Origin: Abditibacteriaceae bacterium
GTDB taxonomy: Bacteria > Armatimonadota > Abditibacteriia > Abditibacteriales > Abditibacteriaceae
Length of the DNA stretch: 64,000 nucleotides
Assembly (NCBI GenBank): GCA_965277285.1
Contig: OZ255721.1
Location: 3,584,001 to 3,648,000, forward strand
Direction of reading: 5' to 3'
Below are positions 49,460 through 59,380 of this stretch, one piece after another. The position numbers were made by a program, and so were the translations under genes. How positions within the stretch are numbered: the first letter of the stretch is position 1; every line of letters begins with the position of its first letter. The notes under the pieces are model-generated. The model was not told where the DNA came from. It searched no databases and saw only the letters and a list, made by a program, of their open reading frames with translations.

Positions 49460-49554
49460 ATTGAACGCCGCGCGTCAGCAAGGGGTTTTGTTCATAATCT
49501 CGAGACAAAACCCCTTCTCGAGACAAAACCCTTTGCTGACGCGCGGCGTTCAAT
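49460..49554. repeat. REP-like inverted repeat with an internal tandem duplication
   Basis: ATTGAACGCCGCGCGTCAGCAA..TTGCTGACGCGCGGCGTTCAAT; TCTCGAGACAAAACCC twice. Confidence 0.75.
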
Positions 49555-49574
49555 AAAGAGCGCGAGGTTCTCAA

Positions 49575-49734
49575 AGGTTGTATGGAAAGTCCGCGAAATG
49601 CCTTAAAACTCGTAGCTTGTCATTCTGAGTGAAACGAAGAATCTAACTTTAGGCCAGATTCTTCGTTTCACTCAGAATGACAAACTCTTATTTTCGTGGT
49701 TTTTTTGCTACTTTCACGACTTTCTATACAACCT
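49575..49734. mobile_element. MITE-like unit of about 160 bp enclosing a GTCATTCTGAG hairpin
   Basis: Ends AGGTTGTATGGAAAGTC / GACTTTCTATACAACCT; inner hairpin 49617-49683. Confidence 0.65.
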
Positions 49735-49908
49735 CTCAGGATTTACAAGCTTCTCCGGTAGGCATTATTCGCTTTGCTCAGAATGACAAACTTCCACCAC
49801 AGGGCAGTTTTAACTTTCCAAACTGATTCTTATGGTTGTGCCACCGCGCCTTTTGTTTGATAATCGAGTACTCGATTGTCTTTTTGGCGGGAAAGAGGTG
49901 TTTGCTTT

Positions 49909-50697
49909 TTGGATGTTTTGACCGAATTAGGCGCGTTCCTGATCGCTTTGTTGAAAAGCCTGCCACACTTGCTGGCGCCATTTGCACTGGCGTGGATTGT
50001 CAGCGCGGCAATTTTGATTTTGGGTTTCGGCGCCGTAAAAAATCGTGTGCGCAACATGGTAACACGTTTAGACAACGCGATCCGCATGTGGGCTGCAACG
50101 CTACGTTATCGCGTCCCGGGAAATGAAACGGTTGAGCGCGACGAAACAACAGAACGCACCAATCTTTCGTGGTTTTTTCGCTTCTGGACGAACTTCGCAT
50201 CCGCGCCCAGCCTTTCGGTCTGGTCGCTTTTGGTGCCGTTCTGGATGGGACATCGCGCCGCGCATCATGATGTTGTTTCCGCCGCCACGCCGTTTTTTCA
50301 AACTTATGGAGTCTGGTTGCTGCCAGGCTTATGTTACGCCGGTTCGATGCTGCTGTCGTTCGTTTTGAAACGTGTTTTTAAGCGCGTTCGTCCGCCGCGC
50401 AAAGGCTTTGCGTTCGGTCACAAGTTGAAAGATCCGAGTTTTCCATCCGGTCATTCGCTGACAGCGTTTTGCTTCTGGATGAGTTGCGTCGCAACCGCCG
50501 CGCGCTGGAGCCATTGGAGTTCGTTGTCGATTGCTCTTTTCGCACTGATTGCGATTTCCATTGTTTGTCTGACGGGTTTAAGCCGCGTTTATCTGGGCGT
50601 GCATTTCCCGAGCGATGTTTTAGGCGGATATTTAATTGGTCTGGTCTGGTGCATCGCGTGTTTTGTAGCGCTTTCCCCTGTGTTGTGGGCGGCGTAA
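49909..50697 (+). CDS. PAP2-family membrane phosphatase (start uncertain)
   Basis: K..FKRVRP, SFPSGH, SRVYLGVHFPSDV. Confidence 0.9.
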   Translation: MDVLTELGAFLIALLKSLPHLLAPFALAWIVSAAILILGFGAVKNRVRNMVTRLDNAIRMWAATLRYRVPGNETVERDETTERTNLSWFFRFWTNFASAPSLSVWSLLVPFWMGHRAAHHDVVSAATPFFQTYGVWLLPGLCYAGSMLLSFVLKRVFKRVRPPRKGFAFGHKLKDPSFPSGHSLTAFCFWMSCVATAARWSHWSSLSIALFALIAISIVCLTGLSRVYLGVHFPSDVLGGYLIGLVWCIACFVALSPVLWAA

Positions 50698-50706
50698 ATA
50701 GACGAT

Positions 50707-50755
50707 AAACGAAAACAATCGAGTACTCACTTCGAGTACTCGATTGTTTTCGTTT
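50707..50755. terminator. 22-bp bidirectional hairpin of two palindrome copies between convergent genes
   Basis: AAACGAAAACAATCGAGTACTC-ACTTC-GAGTACTCGATTGTTTTCGTTT. Confidence 0.78.
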
Positions 50756-50766
50756 GAACAAGCGAC

Positions 50767-51726
50767 TTAAATTGTGCGATTGTCGCGGATGGTTTGCGTC
50801 GGGTCATCAACTTCCACACGCTCTTTGCGAATGGTGTCGGAAACGTTCTGCTGTTCAGTTGTGCGCGTCTTGCCGATTTCGATTTCTTCGACGACGTGCG
50901 CCGATTTAGTCACGTTGACGGTTTCTTCCATTACGGGAACGCGGATCACGTCGCCATCATTTAAGAGAGTTTCGCCTGCTGCCAAGGGGCGATCTGTCGC
51001 GTGGCGCTCGATAGTCACTTGTTCGCGTGAAATTTCTACTGGAATGTTGACTTGCTCTTCGATAACGTGCTTGTGAACGGCGACTTCACCCGACTGCTGC
51101 ATCGCTTTTTGCACGTTCAGTTGCTCTTCCATAACTGGCACGCGAATGTGATCGGCGTCATTTACGGTGCCAACGTTTGCTGTACCGAAATTCGCAGTTG
51201 TGCTGGTCGTGTCGTAATCAACGGCGTTGATGGGTGGCACGCCAGTTGTCGTCGCGTAAGTGTTGTCGGTTGACTCGGCAACGCCACGATGTCCGCCGAA
51301 GTCTTTGGTCGCATCGCCCGCAGCCGCACCCAACATTCCACCGGCGACGGCGCCTGCTACGGTTCCAACCGGGCCGGCTGCCGAACCGATAACCGCGCCG
51401 GAAATGGCGCCCGCGCCTGTTCCCGCGTCGCGTCCCAGATGGCCGTCGCTGCCGGTGCGCACGCTCACGTCGTCGTGATCGTCGCCGATGTCATGCGCGG
51501 CGTTGCCTGCGGCGTGGCCCAACATTCCGCCAGCAATGGCGCCGACAACAGTTCCTACAGGGCCAACGACCGAACCCAACATCCCGCCAGCAATGGCGCC
51601 GGTTCCGGTTCCCGCCGTGCGTCCCAAAGTGCCGTCGCTGTCGTGCGCGCCGGGGACTTGTTCCGGTGAAACGTGTTCGTTGTTGACATTGGTTCCCGTT
51701 GTCAAATCTTCGTTCAAGTTGCTCAT
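50767..51726 (-). CDS. Glycine-zipper + YsnF/AvaK (DUF2382) stress protein
   Basis: Two GA..G...G..AGPVG zippers; PVMEEQLNVQK, VSDTIRKE; AGGAGG RBS. Confidence 0.85.
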   Translation of the reverse strand: MSNLNEDLTTGTNVNNEHVSPEQVPGAHDSDGTLGRTAGTGTGAIAGGMLGSVVGPVGTVVGAIAGGMLGHAAGNAAHDIGDDHDDVSVRTGSDGHLGRDAGTGAGAISGAVIGSAAGPVGTVAGAVAGGMLGAAAGDATKDFGGHRGVAESTDNTYATTTGVPPINAVDYDTTSTTANFGTANVGTVNDADHIRVPVMEEQLNVQKAMQQSGEVAVHKHVIEEQVNIPVEISREQVTIERHATDRPLAAGETLLNDGDVIRVPVMEETVNVTKSAHVVEEIEIGKTRTTEQQNVSDTIRKERVEVDDPTQTIRDNRTI

Positions 51727-51984
51727 TTCCTGCCTCCTGGTTCTCTGTGCCGCCCGGACTGTGCTAAATGCCAGTCTCCGACTGTTTGCGGCGAGGCTGT
51801 TTAGGCAAATCATGTTCCACATTGTTAATAATGAACAAAAATATTTGCATCAACAGAAAACCTTGAAAGTGGTATCGGCAAATTCGAGAAAACGCTTTCT
51901 CGTGACGTATAATAAGAAGTTATTGGCATTGTGATTCGCAAGCGATGTTGCTGATGCAAAATCCCATTGCGCAGGGAGAGTTCC

Positions 51985-54849
51985 ATGACACCGGATCGTA
52001 ATGACGCGACATCTTCCATTGATTCTTCCCCGTCGGAGTCCGAACCGAATCGAGTACTCGAAAGCACGATTTCCGATGCTTTGGACGCTGTAACTCCGCC
52101 GTCCGAGACAAGTTCTTTATCCGACGTAGTTCTGCCTGGCACGGGACGAGATGCGTTAGAAAAGTTCTTTGTGTTATCGCTGGAAATGTTGTGCATCGCG
52201 GGTTTCGATGGCGTTTTCAAGCGCGTCAATCCGGCTTTTACGCAAATTCTGGGCTACCGAGAAGACGAACTTCTGGGGCGCCCTTTTTTGGACATGGTGC
52301 ATCCCGACGACCGCGAGCGGACGATTCAAGAAACGAGCGATCTGACGGGCGGCGGCAGCACGATTGCTTTTGAGAACCGCTATCTTTGCAAAGACGGTTC
52401 GATCAAATGGCTGTCCTGGAAATCGACTGCTGACGTGACCAACGGTTTGATTTACGCCACAGCGCACGACATCACGCAGCGCCACCTCAACGAAGAATCC
52501 TTGCGCGCTGGTGAAAAACGCTTTCGCTCGCTCATCGAAGCGACTTCGGCCATTGTGTGGAATACGCCCGCTTCCGGCGAATTTGAAATGCCGCAACCCG
52601 CGTGGAGCGCCTTCACCGGACAAACCTGGGACGAACTCAAAGGTTGGGGCTGGCTCAGCGCGGTACATCCCGACGACCAAGCGGAAACCGCGCGCATCTG
52701 GACAAAGGCTTTTGAAACGCGCAGTCTTTATCAGGTCGAGCATCGCATTCGTCGCGCTGATGGCGAATATCGCACTATGGCCGTGCGCGCCGTTCCAGTA
52801 CTCGATACGCGCGGCGAAATCTTGGAATGGATCGGCGTTCACACCGACGTGACCGAAAGCAAGCTCGCCGAAGCAACCACGCAACGCGCCGAACGCTTTC
52901 TGACTTCGCTGGTCGAAAACATTCCGCACATGATTTTCGTGAAGGACGCGCAGGAATTGCGTTACGTGCGCATCAATAAAGCGGGCGAAAACCTGCTGGG
53001 ACTGTCGCGCGAGCAAATGTTGGGAAAAAGCGACAGCGACTTTTTCCCGCCCGAAGAAGTCGCTTTTTTCGTTCAGAAAGACCGCGTTGTGTTAGAAGGC
53101 CATCGCATCGTTGACATTCCTGAAGAATCGATTCAAACCGCCAACGGTACGCGCGTTTTGCACACCAAAAAAATCCCGATTTTGGATGTCGACGGCGTGC
53201 CGCAATATCTGCTGGGCATTTCGGAAGACATTACAGAACACAAATTGGCCGAAGTCGAATTGCAGCGCGCCAAAGAGGCCGCCGAAGCCGCCAGCCGCGC
53301 CAAATCCGAATTTCTGGCCAATATGAGCCACGAATTGCGCACGCCTCTCAACGCCATCATCGGCTTTTCCGAAGTGTTGGAAGACAAAACGTTCGGCGAA
53401 TTGAACGCGCGCCAGTCGAAATATGTGTCCAATATCTTGACCAGCGGACGCCATTTGCTGCAACTCATCAACGATATTTTAGACATCGCCAAAATCGAGG
53501 CCGGACGTTTGACGCTCGACCGCGCGCCTTTTCCCGTCGAAACCGCTTTGAACGACGTGATTGCGATTGTCAAGGCTTTGGCCAACAAGAAAAACATTGA
53601 ATTGACGGTCGAAGTCACGCCGAATTTGCCGTCGCTTCATGCCGATCAGCCGAAGTTCAAGCAGATTATGTACAACCTGATGAGCAACGCCATCAAGTTC
53701 ACGCCGCCGGCTGGTCGCGTTGGCGTCGTCGCCACGCTGGAATCGCCCAACGCGGTGCGCATCGCGGTTTCCGATACGGGAATTGGCATCAAGGCCGAAG
53801 ATCATGACCGCGTTTTTGGCGAGTTCGAGCAAGTCGATTCGTCTTATTCGCGCCAGCAGCAAGGCACCGGTTTAGGTTTGGCGCTCACCAAAAACCTGAT
53901 TGAATTGCATGGCGGTCGCATCTGGGTCGAAAGCGAAGGCGTCGAAGGCAAAGGCACCACATTCACTTTTGTGCTGCCGCTCGATGAAACGCTGGATGAG
54001 ACAATCGAGTACTCGAATGGCACAAACGGCGAAGCGGAAACACCGAAATCTGCGGATGAAGCGGCGGAAGAAACAGCGCCGCACAACGACGATTCAGGCG
54101 AAGCGCCAGTCGTTCTGGTGGTGGAAGATAACGGCCCGGCCAGTGAATTGCTGACGCATTATTTGACCGAAGCGGGCTATCGCGTCGCGCACGCATCCGA
54201 TGGCGAACAAGCGGTGCAAATGGCGACCGAACTGCATCCTTTTGCTGTCACGCTCGACATCATGCTGCCGCACAAAGACGGCTGGCAGGTCTTAAGCGAA
54301 ATGAAAGCGCAAGCCGCAACAGCCGATGTGCCGGTCGTCATTGTTTCGATGACCGAAGACCGCCAGTTGGGATTTAGCCTGGGCGCTGTGGATTTTTTGG
54401 TCAAGCCAATCGACAAAAACCGCTTGATCGAAGTGATCGCCAAAGCGGGCGCCGCAAACGCCAGAAGCGCTAAAAACGAGAAACCCATCGTTCTGGTGGT
54501 GGATGACGAACCGAAAAGCGTCGAACTGTTGGCGGATTTGTTGCAAAACGAAGGTTTTCGAGTACTCGAAGCGTTCGGTGGGCAGGAAGGCATTGATCTG
54601 GCGACGCGCCATTTGCCGCAAGTCATCATTCTTGATTTGATGATGCCCCAGGTCAACGGTTTCGATGTGGTACGGCAATTGCGCGCCAATCCCGCGACCA
54701 AAGACATTTCCATCGTCATTTTTTCGGCCAAAGACATTACCGCCGAAGACGTGGCGCGCTTGAACAGCGACATCCGCGCGATTTTCCCCAAATCGGGCAA
54801 AGACGAACTGCTGCGCGAACTGGCCAAGCTGAAAACCGTTGAAAGTTAA
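51985..54849 (+). CDS. Cytoplasmic hybrid histidine kinase (3 PAS, HisKA, HATPase, 2 REC)
   Basis: PAS HPDD motifs; FLANMSHELRTPLN; GTGLGL; two REC domains (VVED, VVDD). Confidence 0.95.
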   Translation: MTPDRNDATSSIDSSPSESEPNRVLESTISDALDAVTPPSETSSLSDVVLPGTGRDALEKFFVLSLEMLCIAGFDGVFKRVNPAFTQILGYREDELLGRPFLDMVHPDDRERTIQETSDLTGGGSTIAFENRYLCKDGSIKWLSWKSTADVTNGLIYATAHDITQRHLNEESLRAGEKRFRSLIEATSAIVWNTPASGEFEMPQPAWSAFTGQTWDELKGWGWLSAVHPDDQAETARIWTKAFETRSLYQVEHRIRRADGEYRTMAVRAVPVLDTRGEILEWIGVHTDVTESKLAEATTQRAERFLTSLVENIPHMIFVKDAQELRYVRINKAGENLLGLSREQMLGKSDSDFFPPEEVAFFVQKDRVVLEGHRIVDIPEESIQTANGTRVLHTKKIPILDVDGVPQYLLGISEDITEHKLAEVELQRAKEAAEAASRAKSEFLANMSHELRTPLNAIIGFSEVLEDKTFGELNARQSKYVSNILTSGRHLLQLINDILDIAKIEAGRLTLDRAPFPVETALNDVIAIVKALANKKNIELTVEVTPNLPSLHADQPKFKQIMYNLMSNAIKFTPPAGRVGVVATLESPNAVRIAVSDTGIGIKAEDHDRVFGEFEQVDSSYSRQQQGTGLGLALTKNLIELHGGRIWVESEGVEGKGTTFTFVLPLDETLDETIEYSNGTNGEAETPKSADEAAEETAPHNDDSGEAPVVLVVEDNGPASELLTHYLTEAGYRVAHASDGEQAVQMATELHPFAVTLDIMLPHKDGWQVLSEMKAQAATADVPVVIVSMTEDRQLGFSLGAVDFLVKPIDKNRLIEVIAKAGAANARSAKNEKPIVLVVDDEPKSVELLADLLQNEGFRVLEAFGGQEGIDLATRHLPQVIILDLMMPQVNGFDVVRQLRANPATKDISIVIFSAKDITAEDVARLNSDIRAIFPKSGKDELLRELAKLKTVES

Positions 54850-54877
54850 AATTCGTTAAAGTTGAGGAGGGCGCGCG

Positions 54878-55249
54878 ATGGCGGGCGAGACGATTCTGAT
54901 CGTGGAAGACAACGAGGCGAACATGGAACTGGCGACCGATTTGTTGGAAATGGCCGGTTACCTTGTGTTGCAGGCTGAAAACGCTGAAGTCGGAATCGAA
55001 ATCGCCAACGCGCAACTGCCCAACCTGGTGTTGATGGATGTCGGTTTGCCCGGCATGGACGGTTTAACGGCGACCGGCATTTTGATGCACGCCGAAAAAA
55101 CCAGGCACATTCCGATTGTTGTTGTTACGGCGCACGCCATGAAAGGCGATCAGGAAAAAGCGATGCAAAGCGGTTGCGCCGGTTACATCACCAAGCCGAT
55201 TGACACGCGCGCCTTTTCCAAAACCGTCGCCTCATTTCTGGACGATTGA
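54878..55249 (+). CDS. Single-domain response regulator (DivK/CheY-like)
   Basis: IVEDN, LMD, TAHAM, YITKP. Confidence 0.93.
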   Translation: MAGETILIVEDNEANMELATDLLEMAGYLVLQAENAEVGIEIANAQLPNLVLMDVGLPGMDGLTATGILMHAEKTRHIPIVVVTAHAMKGDQEKAMQSGCAGYITKPIDTRAFSKTVASFLDD

Positions 55250-55279
55250 AAATCGAATCGAGTACTCGAATAACTAATT

Positions 55280-56497
55280 ATGGCTCAATCCAAGCGCATT
55301 CTCATTGTGGACGACGAAGAGTTCAACCGCGAACTGTTGGAAGGTTTGGTGGAGTCGTTTGGCCACGAATCGGAGACAGCGTGCGATGGTAAAGACGCGC
55401 TCGAAAAAATCACGCCCGCCATCGACCTGATTTTGCTGGACGCCATGATGCCCGGCATGGATGGTTTTGAAGTCGCGCGTCGCACCCGCGAAAACCCGCT
55501 CGTGGCGCAGATTCCGATTGTCATGGTGACGGCTTTGACTTCCAAAGAAGATCGCCTGCGCGCAGTCGAGGCGGGCGCCAACGATTTTATCACCAAGCCG
55601 ATTGATCGCACCGAACTCAAGGTGCGCATGACTTCGCTGTTGAAAATGAAGGAAGCGCAGGACGCCATCAGACGCAGTCGGGAAGAGTTGCGCGCCCACA
55701 ACGCCTTGATGCAAGCCGACCTCGACCTGGCGCGCGCGATGCAGGAAGCGTTTATCCTGAAGAAATATCCGTCCTTCCCAACCGATGCGCTGACCGATGA
55801 AAGCGAATTCAACTTTTGTCATCGCTACATTCCGGCCACGACTTTGGGCGGCGATTTCTTCGATGTGCTGGCGCTTTCGAGTACTCAAGCCGGCGTTTTT
55901 ATCTGCGACGTGATGGGTCATGGCGTGCGTTCGGCTCTGGTGACGGCGATGATGCGCGCTCTGGTCGGCGAACGCAAGTCTGTGGCGAGCGACCCGGGAC
56001 AGTTTATGAGCGCCATCAACACGCATTTGCTCAGCATTCTGGAACAATCGCGCACGCCGATGTTCGCCTCGGCTTTTTACCTGATCGCCGATGTCGAAAA
56101 AGGCACGATTTCGTATTCCAACGCCGGACATCCCAGCCCAATTCGCATTCGCCGCGATACGGGACAAACCAGCCATTTGGTAGAAGAACCTCTGGCGTCT
56201 GGCCCGGTGCTGGGCGTTTTCGGCGAAGTCACTTATCAGACAGTGACCAGCGAATTGTCGAGCCATGACATGTTCGCCTTGTTCACCGACGGCTTGTATG
56301 AAATCGAAAACGAAGCGCATCCCGAAGACGAATACGGCGAAGAACGACTTTTGAAAGCGTTTCAAGCGCGCGCCCAACTTCCTGCGGATCAATTGTTCGA
56401 CGACGTTTTGGCGGAAGTGCGCGCTTTTTCCGGCAGCAACGATTTCGAAGACGACGTGTGCGTTATCGGCATAGAAGTCAAGCGCCGCAAACGTTGA
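55280..56497 (+). CDS. REC + PP2C/SpoIIE phosphatase (RsbU/RsbP-like)
   Basis: REC domain, then GGDFFD, CDVMGHG, NAGH, FTDGL, DDV. Confidence 0.93.
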   Translation: MAQSKRILIVDDEEFNRELLEGLVESFGHESETACDGKDALEKITPAIDLILLDAMMPGMDGFEVARRTRENPLVAQIPIVMVTALTSKEDRLRAVEAGANDFITKPIDRTELKVRMTSLLKMKEAQDAIRRSREELRAHNALMQADLDLARAMQEAFILKKYPSFPTDALTDESEFNFCHRYIPATTLGGDFFDVLALSSTQAGVFICDVMGHGVRSALVTAMMRALVGERKSVASDPGQFMSAINTHLLSILEQSRTPMFASAFYLIADVEKGTISYSNAGHPSPIRIRRDTGQTSHLVEEPLASGPVLGVFGEVTYQTVTSELSSHDMFALFTDGLYEIENEAHPEDEYGEERLLKAFQARAQLPADQLFDDVLAEVRAFSGSNDFEDDVCVIGIEVKRRKR

Positions 56498-56538
56498 AGC
56501 GAAAAACGTCGCCCACGCGTTGCATGTCAAGACACAAT

Positions 56539-56613
56539 TACAGAACCCCGAACGTAAGTGAGGGGCTGACATAACCACTACGTCAGCCCCTCACTTACGT
56601 TCGGGGTTCTGTA
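56539..56613. repeat. REP-like inverted repeat, GAACCC-CGTAAG family
   Basis: 32-bp perfect arms TACAGAACCCCGAACGTAAGTGAGGGGCTGAC and its reverse complement. Confidence 0.85.
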
Positions 56614-56648
56614 TGTTTTCTCCATTAAACTTTTCATTCTCAACATTT

Positions 56649-57464
56649 ATGCAACTCCATAATCTTATTGCGCGGCGCGCTTATTTTTCGTGCGCGCGCC
56701 AACTTCAAAATCCCGATTGGAGCGACGAGCGCAACCGCGAAGTCTTCGGGCGCGATGTTTTTCCACATGGTCACGATTATGTTTTGGACGTTTTTTATGG
56801 CGGCGACATCAGCGCACACGACGGCATGATCGTCAATTTGACGGAAATCAAGCCCGTCTTGAATCGAGTACTCGAACCGCTCGACGGCGCTTTTTTGAAC
56901 CGCGATTTGGAAGAATTTCAACAACGACGGCCCACGCTGGAGAACCTTGTAAACTTCGTCTGGCAACGCCTTCCGGCACAAATTGACCAATCCCGACTGG
57001 CGCGCGTTCGCCTGCAAGAAAACGCGCGTTTATGGATAGACAAGGACGACACTTTGATGCGATTGACACGCTGTTACGAGTTCGCCGCCGCGCACCGCCT
57101 GCACGTTCCGCAGATGAGCGACGACAACAACGCCGAACTTTACGGCAAATGCAACAACCTCAACGGTCACGGCCACAATTACGGCCTGGAAGTGACGATT
57201 GAAGGCGAGCCGAACGCTCAAACCGGCGCCATTTTTTCGATGAGCGAACTAGACAAAATCGTTGATGAAGAAGTTTTTGAACGTTTCGATCATAAGCACT
57301 TGAACGAAGATTGCCCCGAATTCCAAACCTTGATTCCGACTTCGGAAAACCTGGCGCGCGTCATCTTCGAGGTTTTGAGTGGGAAATTAAACGGCGCTCG
57401 ATTGGTGAAAATCGGCTTGCACGAGACGACCAAGAATTATTTTGAAGTGGAGGCGGCGCGTTGA
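56649..57464 (+). CDS. Tandem-domain 6-pyruvoyl-tetrahydropterin synthase (PTPS/QueD family)
   Basis: PHGHDY..PTLENL; then [25 protein letters not shown]. Confidence 0.88.
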   Translation: MQLHNLIARRAYFSCARQLQNPDWSDERNREVFGRDVFPHGHDYVLDVFYGGDISAHDGMIVNLTEIKPVLNRVLEPLDGAFLNRDLEEFQQRRPTLENLVNFVWQRLPAQIDQSRLARVRLQENARLWIDKDDTLMRLTRCYEFAAAHRLHVPQMSDDNNAELYGKCNNLNGHGHNYGLEVTIEGEPNAQTGAIFSMSELDKIVDEEVFERFDHKHLNEDCPEFQTLIPTSENLARVIFEVLSGKLNGARLVKIGLHETTKNYFEVEAAR

Positions 57465-58126
57465 GCGATTTGCATCAGGAAAACGACAATCGAGTACTCG
57501 AAACCGTGAATAGCGCAACTGGCGCAACTGCGAACGATGTCGAAACGAACGGGAAACCGAAAATTGATGTCGGCGGCATGGACAAGTTTTACGAAGGCAT
57601 TTTGCGCGGCGTCGGCGAAGACCCAACGCGCGAAGGCTTGCTGAAAACGCCGTATCGCGCGGCGGCTGCGATGAAGTTTCTGACGCAAGGCTACGATCAA
57701 AAACTCGAAGTGCTGCTCAATAACGCGATTTTTGAGGAAGAGAACAACAACATGGTCGTCCTGCGCGACATCGAGTTCTCAAGTCTTTGCGAGCATCATC
57801 TTCTGCCATTTTTCGGCAAATGCCATATCGCTTATATTCCTAACGGCAAGATTGTCGGCGTCTCCAAATTGGCGCGCATCGTCGATATGTTCGCGCGGCG
57901 TTTGCAAGTTCAAGAGCGCATGACGAACCAGATCGCGGACGCCATCGAAGACGCTCTGCAGCCTTTAGGCGTCGGCGTTGTCGCGGAAGGATCGCATCTT
58001 TGCATGCAGATGCGCGGCGTCGAAAAACAGCACTCGAAAATGATGACCAGTGCGATGCGCGGCGCTTTTCAAGCCTTGCCGACGCGCATGGAAATGATGA
58101 GCCTGATTCGCAGCAACGGAAGTTGA
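57461..58126 (+). CDS. folE: GTP cyclohydrolase I
   Basis: [34 protein letters not shown]. Confidence 0.97.
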   Translation: MSDLHQENDNRVLETVNSATGATANDVETNGKPKIDVGGMDKFYEGILRGVGEDPTREGLLKTPYRAAAAMKFLTQGYDQKLEVLLNNAIFEEENNNMVVLRDIEFSSLCEHHLLPFFGKCHIAYIPNGKIVGVSKLARIVDMFARRLQVQERMTNQIADAIEDALQPLGVGVVAEGSHLCMQMRGVEKQHSKMMTSAMRGAFQALPTRMEMMSLIRSNGS

Positions 58127-58128
58127 AT

Positions 58129-58156
58129 GTACGGGCTTGGCGCGCCAAGCCCGTAC
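58129..58156. repeat. GTAC-flanked REP-like perfect hairpin
   Basis: GTACGGGCTTGGCGCGCCAAGCCCGTAC. Confidence 0.65.
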
Positions 58157-58170
58157 GAAAGGTTGCATTT

Positions 58171-59373
58171 ATGACACAAACTTTGACGCTCGAAAAAAAA
58201 ACCGTCGCGCCTTCACTGGATTTATCGTGGCAAGATGATATTGTCGCGTTGCGGCGCGATTTTCACGCGCATCCCGAACTGGGTTATGAAGAAGTGCGCA
58301 CAGCGGGCATCGTCGCCGAACGATTACGGGCATTGGGCTTGGAAGTGCGCACCGGCGTCGCGGAAACCGGCGTCATCGCGCTTTTGCGTGGCGCCAAACC
58401 TGGCCCGACGGTTCTGGTGCGCGCCGATATGGATGCCTTGCCAGTCGATGAAAAGAACGCGTGGGAGTGGAAATCGAGTACTCAAGGCAAGATGCACGCT
58501 TGCGGCCACGATTGCCATACGGCGATGGCGCTGACGGTCGCGCGGCTTTTGGTCGAGAAAAAAGACGAATTGGCGGGAACAATCAAGTTCATGTTTCAGC
58601 CGGCGGAAGAAGGCATGGGTGGTGCGGGACGCATGATTGACGAGGGCTTACTGGACGACCCGAAACCCGATTTCGCGCTCGCGCTGCACGTTTGGAGCGA
58701 CATCGAAGTCGGCAAAATCGCCGTGAAAGTTGGGCCGGTGATGGCATACGCGGATGGTTTCAAAGCGAAAATCATCGGCAAAGGCGGGCATGGCGCGATT
58801 CCTCAGCAAACGATCGATCCGATTGTCGTGGCTTCGCACGTCGTTCTGGCGCTGCAAACCACGGTTTCGCGCAACATCAATCCGCTGCATCCTGCGGTTG
58901 TGACGGTCGGCAAAGTATGGGCGGGCAGCGCCTTCAACGTGATTCCTAACGAAGCCGAAATCGAAGGCACAGTTCGTTCGTTTGACCCGATTGTACGCGA
59001 CACTTTAGAGCGACGTTGCCGCGAAATCATCGAAGAACTGCCGCGTGCTTTCGGCGCAACTGCAGAATTTGAATATCTGCATGGTTATCCCGCGACGGTG
59101 AACGATGCGCGCGTCACGGAAATGATTCGTCCCGCACTGGAAAGCGTGGTCGGGGCGGAAAACGTCGAAGAGTTTGAGCCGACAATGGGCGCCGAAGATT
59201 TTTCGCTCGTTCTTGAAAAAGTGCCCGGCTGCTATTTCTTCGTCGGCGGGCGCAACGCCGTCATCGACGCGGTTTATCCGCATCATCACGAACGTTTCAA
59301 CATTGATGAACGCGCGCTGGAAATCGGCGCACGCGCGATGGTCGCGGCTGTTGAAGAATGCCTGAAAAACTGA
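58171..59373 (+). CDS. M20D-family amidohydrolase
   Basis: RRDFHAHPELGYEE, RADMDALP, MHACGHD, FQPAEE, AEDF. Confidence 0.93.
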   Translation: MTQTLTLEKKTVAPSLDLSWQDDIVALRRDFHAHPELGYEEVRTAGIVAERLRALGLEVRTGVAETGVIALLRGAKPGPTVLVRADMDALPVDEKNAWEWKSSTQGKMHACGHDCHTAMALTVARLLVEKKDELAGTIKFMFQPAEEGMGGAGRMIDEGLLDDPKPDFALALHVWSDIEVGKIAVKVGPVMAYADGFKAKIIGKGGHGAIPQQTIDPIVVASHVVLALQTTVSRNINPLHPAVVTVGKVWAGSAFNVIPNEAEIEGTVRSFDPIVRDTLERRCREIIEELPRAFGATAEFEYLHGYPATVNDARVTEMIRPALESVVGAENVEEFEPTMGAEDFSLVLEKVPGCYFFVGGRNAVIDAVYPHHHERFNIDERALEIGARAMVAAVEECLKN

Positions 59374-59380
59374 ATATTTG

